Assembly: GCA_047601445.1 (NCBI GenBank)
Contig: JASGJH010000001.1
Location: forward strand, 1,856,001 to 1,920,000
Origin: Myxococcales bacterium
GTDB lineage: Bacteria > Myxococcota_A > Polyangia > Polyangiales > DASUME01
DNA length: 64,000 bases
Direction of reading: 5' to 3'
A model generated the notes under the pieces. It was not told the DNA's origin. It made no database searches and saw only the letters and a program-made list of their open reading frames with translations. Numbering within the stretch: position 1 is the stretch's first letter; every line of letters starts with the position of its first letter. Shown in pieces: positions 62,603-64,000 of this stretch. The position numbers and the translations under genes are program-made.

Positions 62603-63160
62603 TCATGCGAGTGCGAGACCCAACGCAAACACCACCATACCAACTACGATCACCAGCACGCACCTGGCAGCGAGCGGCGTGACCTGCCCGCTGCCGTCGA
62701 GGCCGCGCGTGACCAGCGCGAAGGAAGCCAAGCTCCAGCACAGCCATCCGCCCAGTGCGAGCAAGCTGAACAGCGGACTCGGATCGCCCGCTAGCGGACT
62801 GCCGAAGCCACGGGAGGCGTTTTGGGCCGAGGTTTGTCCGCGCAGCGCCACGCGCGCAGCTTCGTTGCGCCCGCGCTGGGCTTCGCGCCGCGAGAGGTGT
62901 TCGAGCATCTCGAGCGAGCGCCCGGTGTACGGACTCAAGGGCACGTGCCAGCTAGCACTGCGACGAAAGAAGGTGATGGCGAGGGAGGCCTTGCCCTCTG
63001 CCAGTGCACGCTGCCCACCTTCCCACTCGGCGCGTGCGCTGAGCAGGGACCGCGCCACGATCACCGACAACAGGAGCGCCAACACAGCCAGGCCCTGCCA
63101 GGACCAGCGCAGCAGGCGCAGCGGTCCACGCCGACCACCCACTTCGGGCTCGGCCGTCAC
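62603..63160 (-). CDS. Hypothetical membrane protein (about 3 TM), cotranscribed with cmk
   Basis: GTGA overlap with the cmk stop; hydrophobic segments. Confidence 0.65.
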   Translation of the reverse strand: MTAEPEVGGRRGPLRLLRWSWQGLAVLALLLSVIVARSLLSARAEWEGGQRALAEGKASLAITFFRRSASWHVPLSPYTGRSLEMLEHLSRREAQRGRNEAARVALRGQTSAQNASRGFGSPLAGDPSPLFSLLALGGWLCWSLASFALVTRGLDGSGQVTPLAARCVLVIVVGMVVFALGLALA

Positions 63161-63855
63161 GACATGCGGTGCTTGACCAGGGCTTCCAGCTGGTCGAGCA
63201 CGCCGTCCAAGGTGAGCCCGCTGGTGTCGAGCAGCACGGCGTCGTCCGCGGGACGCATGGGCGCGATGTCGCGCTCGCTGTCCAGCCGATCTCGCTCACG
63301 GATCTCGGCCAACACCTGCTCGCGGTCGATCTCGTGGCCGGCCTTGCGTAGCTCGGCGTGGCGCCGCGCGGCACGCGACTCATCGGAGGCGGTGAGAAAC
63401 ACCTTCACGTCCGCGTCGGGGAAGACCACCGTGCCGATGTCACGCCCCTCCAACACCACGCCGCCCGCTGCGCCGAGCCGCCGCTGCAGGTCGAGTAGCG
63501 CCTTGCGGACCTCCGGATGACGCGAGGTGCGGCTTGCCCCCGTGGAGATGTGAGGCGTGCGGATGTCCTGGGAGCGATCGACGCCGTCGATCAGCAGGTG
63601 CATTGCGCCGTCCTCGCCGCGCGCGAAGCTCAGCGCCAGCGTGCGCATCAGAGCGCCGAGGGCACCGCCGTCTTCCCAATCCACGCCACGCTCGAAGGCT
63701 GCCAGCGCAACCCCTCGATAGAGGGCGCCCGTGTCCACCAGCACGAAGCCCAGGCGCTGCGCCAGCTGGCGCGCGGCCGTGCTCTTGCCCGCCCCTGCGG
63801 GGCCGTCGATGGCGATCACAGGCTGACCCGAAGAACGTGTTTTGGATCCAGTCAT
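63157..63855 (-). CDS. cmk: Cytidylate kinase
   Basis: IAIDGPAGAGKST, DTGALYR, EGRDIGTVVFP, FLTAS, RDRLDSER. Confidence 0.97.
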   Translation of the reverse strand: MTGSKTRSSGQPVIAIDGPAGAGKSTAARQLAQRLGFVLVDTGALYRGVALAAFERGVDWEDGGALGALMRTLALSFARGEDGAMHLLIDGVDRSQDIRTPHISTGASRTSRHPEVRKALLDLQRRLGAAGGVVLEGRDIGTVVFPDADVKVFLTASDESRAARRHAELRKAGHEIDREQVLAEIRERDRLDSERDIAPMRPADDAVLLDTSGLTLDGVLDQLEALVKHRMS

Positions 63856-63998
63856 GTGAGCTCTTCCCATGCGACGTCGGCTCCCAACCTGGCGAGCGTA
63901 TCACCTAGCCCGGGGTATAGCGCGTCGAGCGTCTCAGCGTGGTCGATCCGTGTTTCGGCCTGGGCACTGAGCGACAACACGCACGCGAGCAGCAGACA
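63852..63998 (-). CDS. 3' end of an AroA (EPSP synthase)-like gene, truncated by the window edge
   Basis: Reads CLLLACVLSLSAQAETRIDHAETLDALYPGLGDTLARLGADVAWEELT*; ATGA overlap with cmk; aroA-cmk is a common gene order; the sequence is divergent. Confidence 0.55.
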   Translation of the reverse strand, partial: CLLLACVLSLSAQAETRIDHAETLDALYPGLGDTLARLGADVAWEELT

Positions 63999-64000
63999 CT

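Overview
High-GC bacterial chromosomal segment. It is very probably from a myxobacterium (Myxococcota, Polyangiales-like), inferred from Gly-Asp-linker lipoproteins, a myxococcal Cys-rich repeat protein, a Hanks kinase-ATPase-TPR fusion and sigma54 regulation. Housekeeping blocks (gap-pgk-tpiA-secG, gndA-zwf-pgl, rpsA, cmk and the 3' end of an aroA-like gene) are interleaved with accessory genes. These include a membrane spermidine-synthase-like fusion, a heterodimeric ABC exporter flanked by a kinase and a PP2C phosphatase, GT-C-type glycosyltransferases, a flippase, an NtrBC-like two-component pair, LysR/YceI and MocR/AhpD-like divergent pairs, an orphan CzcA-type pump, a lipid-anchored GH6 cellulase and many lipoproteins. 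I found no tRNA, rRNA, CRISPR array, integrase or transposase. The most striking candidate is a sigma54-preceded, exported lipoprotein (48282-51269) with two lamin-tail domains, a phosphohistidine-swivel motif (LAHVNVLSR) and a C-terminal ATP-grasp domain. This is the domain order of plant glucan,water dikinases rather than of PEP synthase/PPDK. Other notable items are a five-copy direct/inverted repeat cluster upstream of rpsA, a dispersed hairpin repeat family, a structured gap-operon leader, a frameshifted MocR gene and an unannotated 53-aa ORF. All family calls come from motif recognition by eye; no database search was run.
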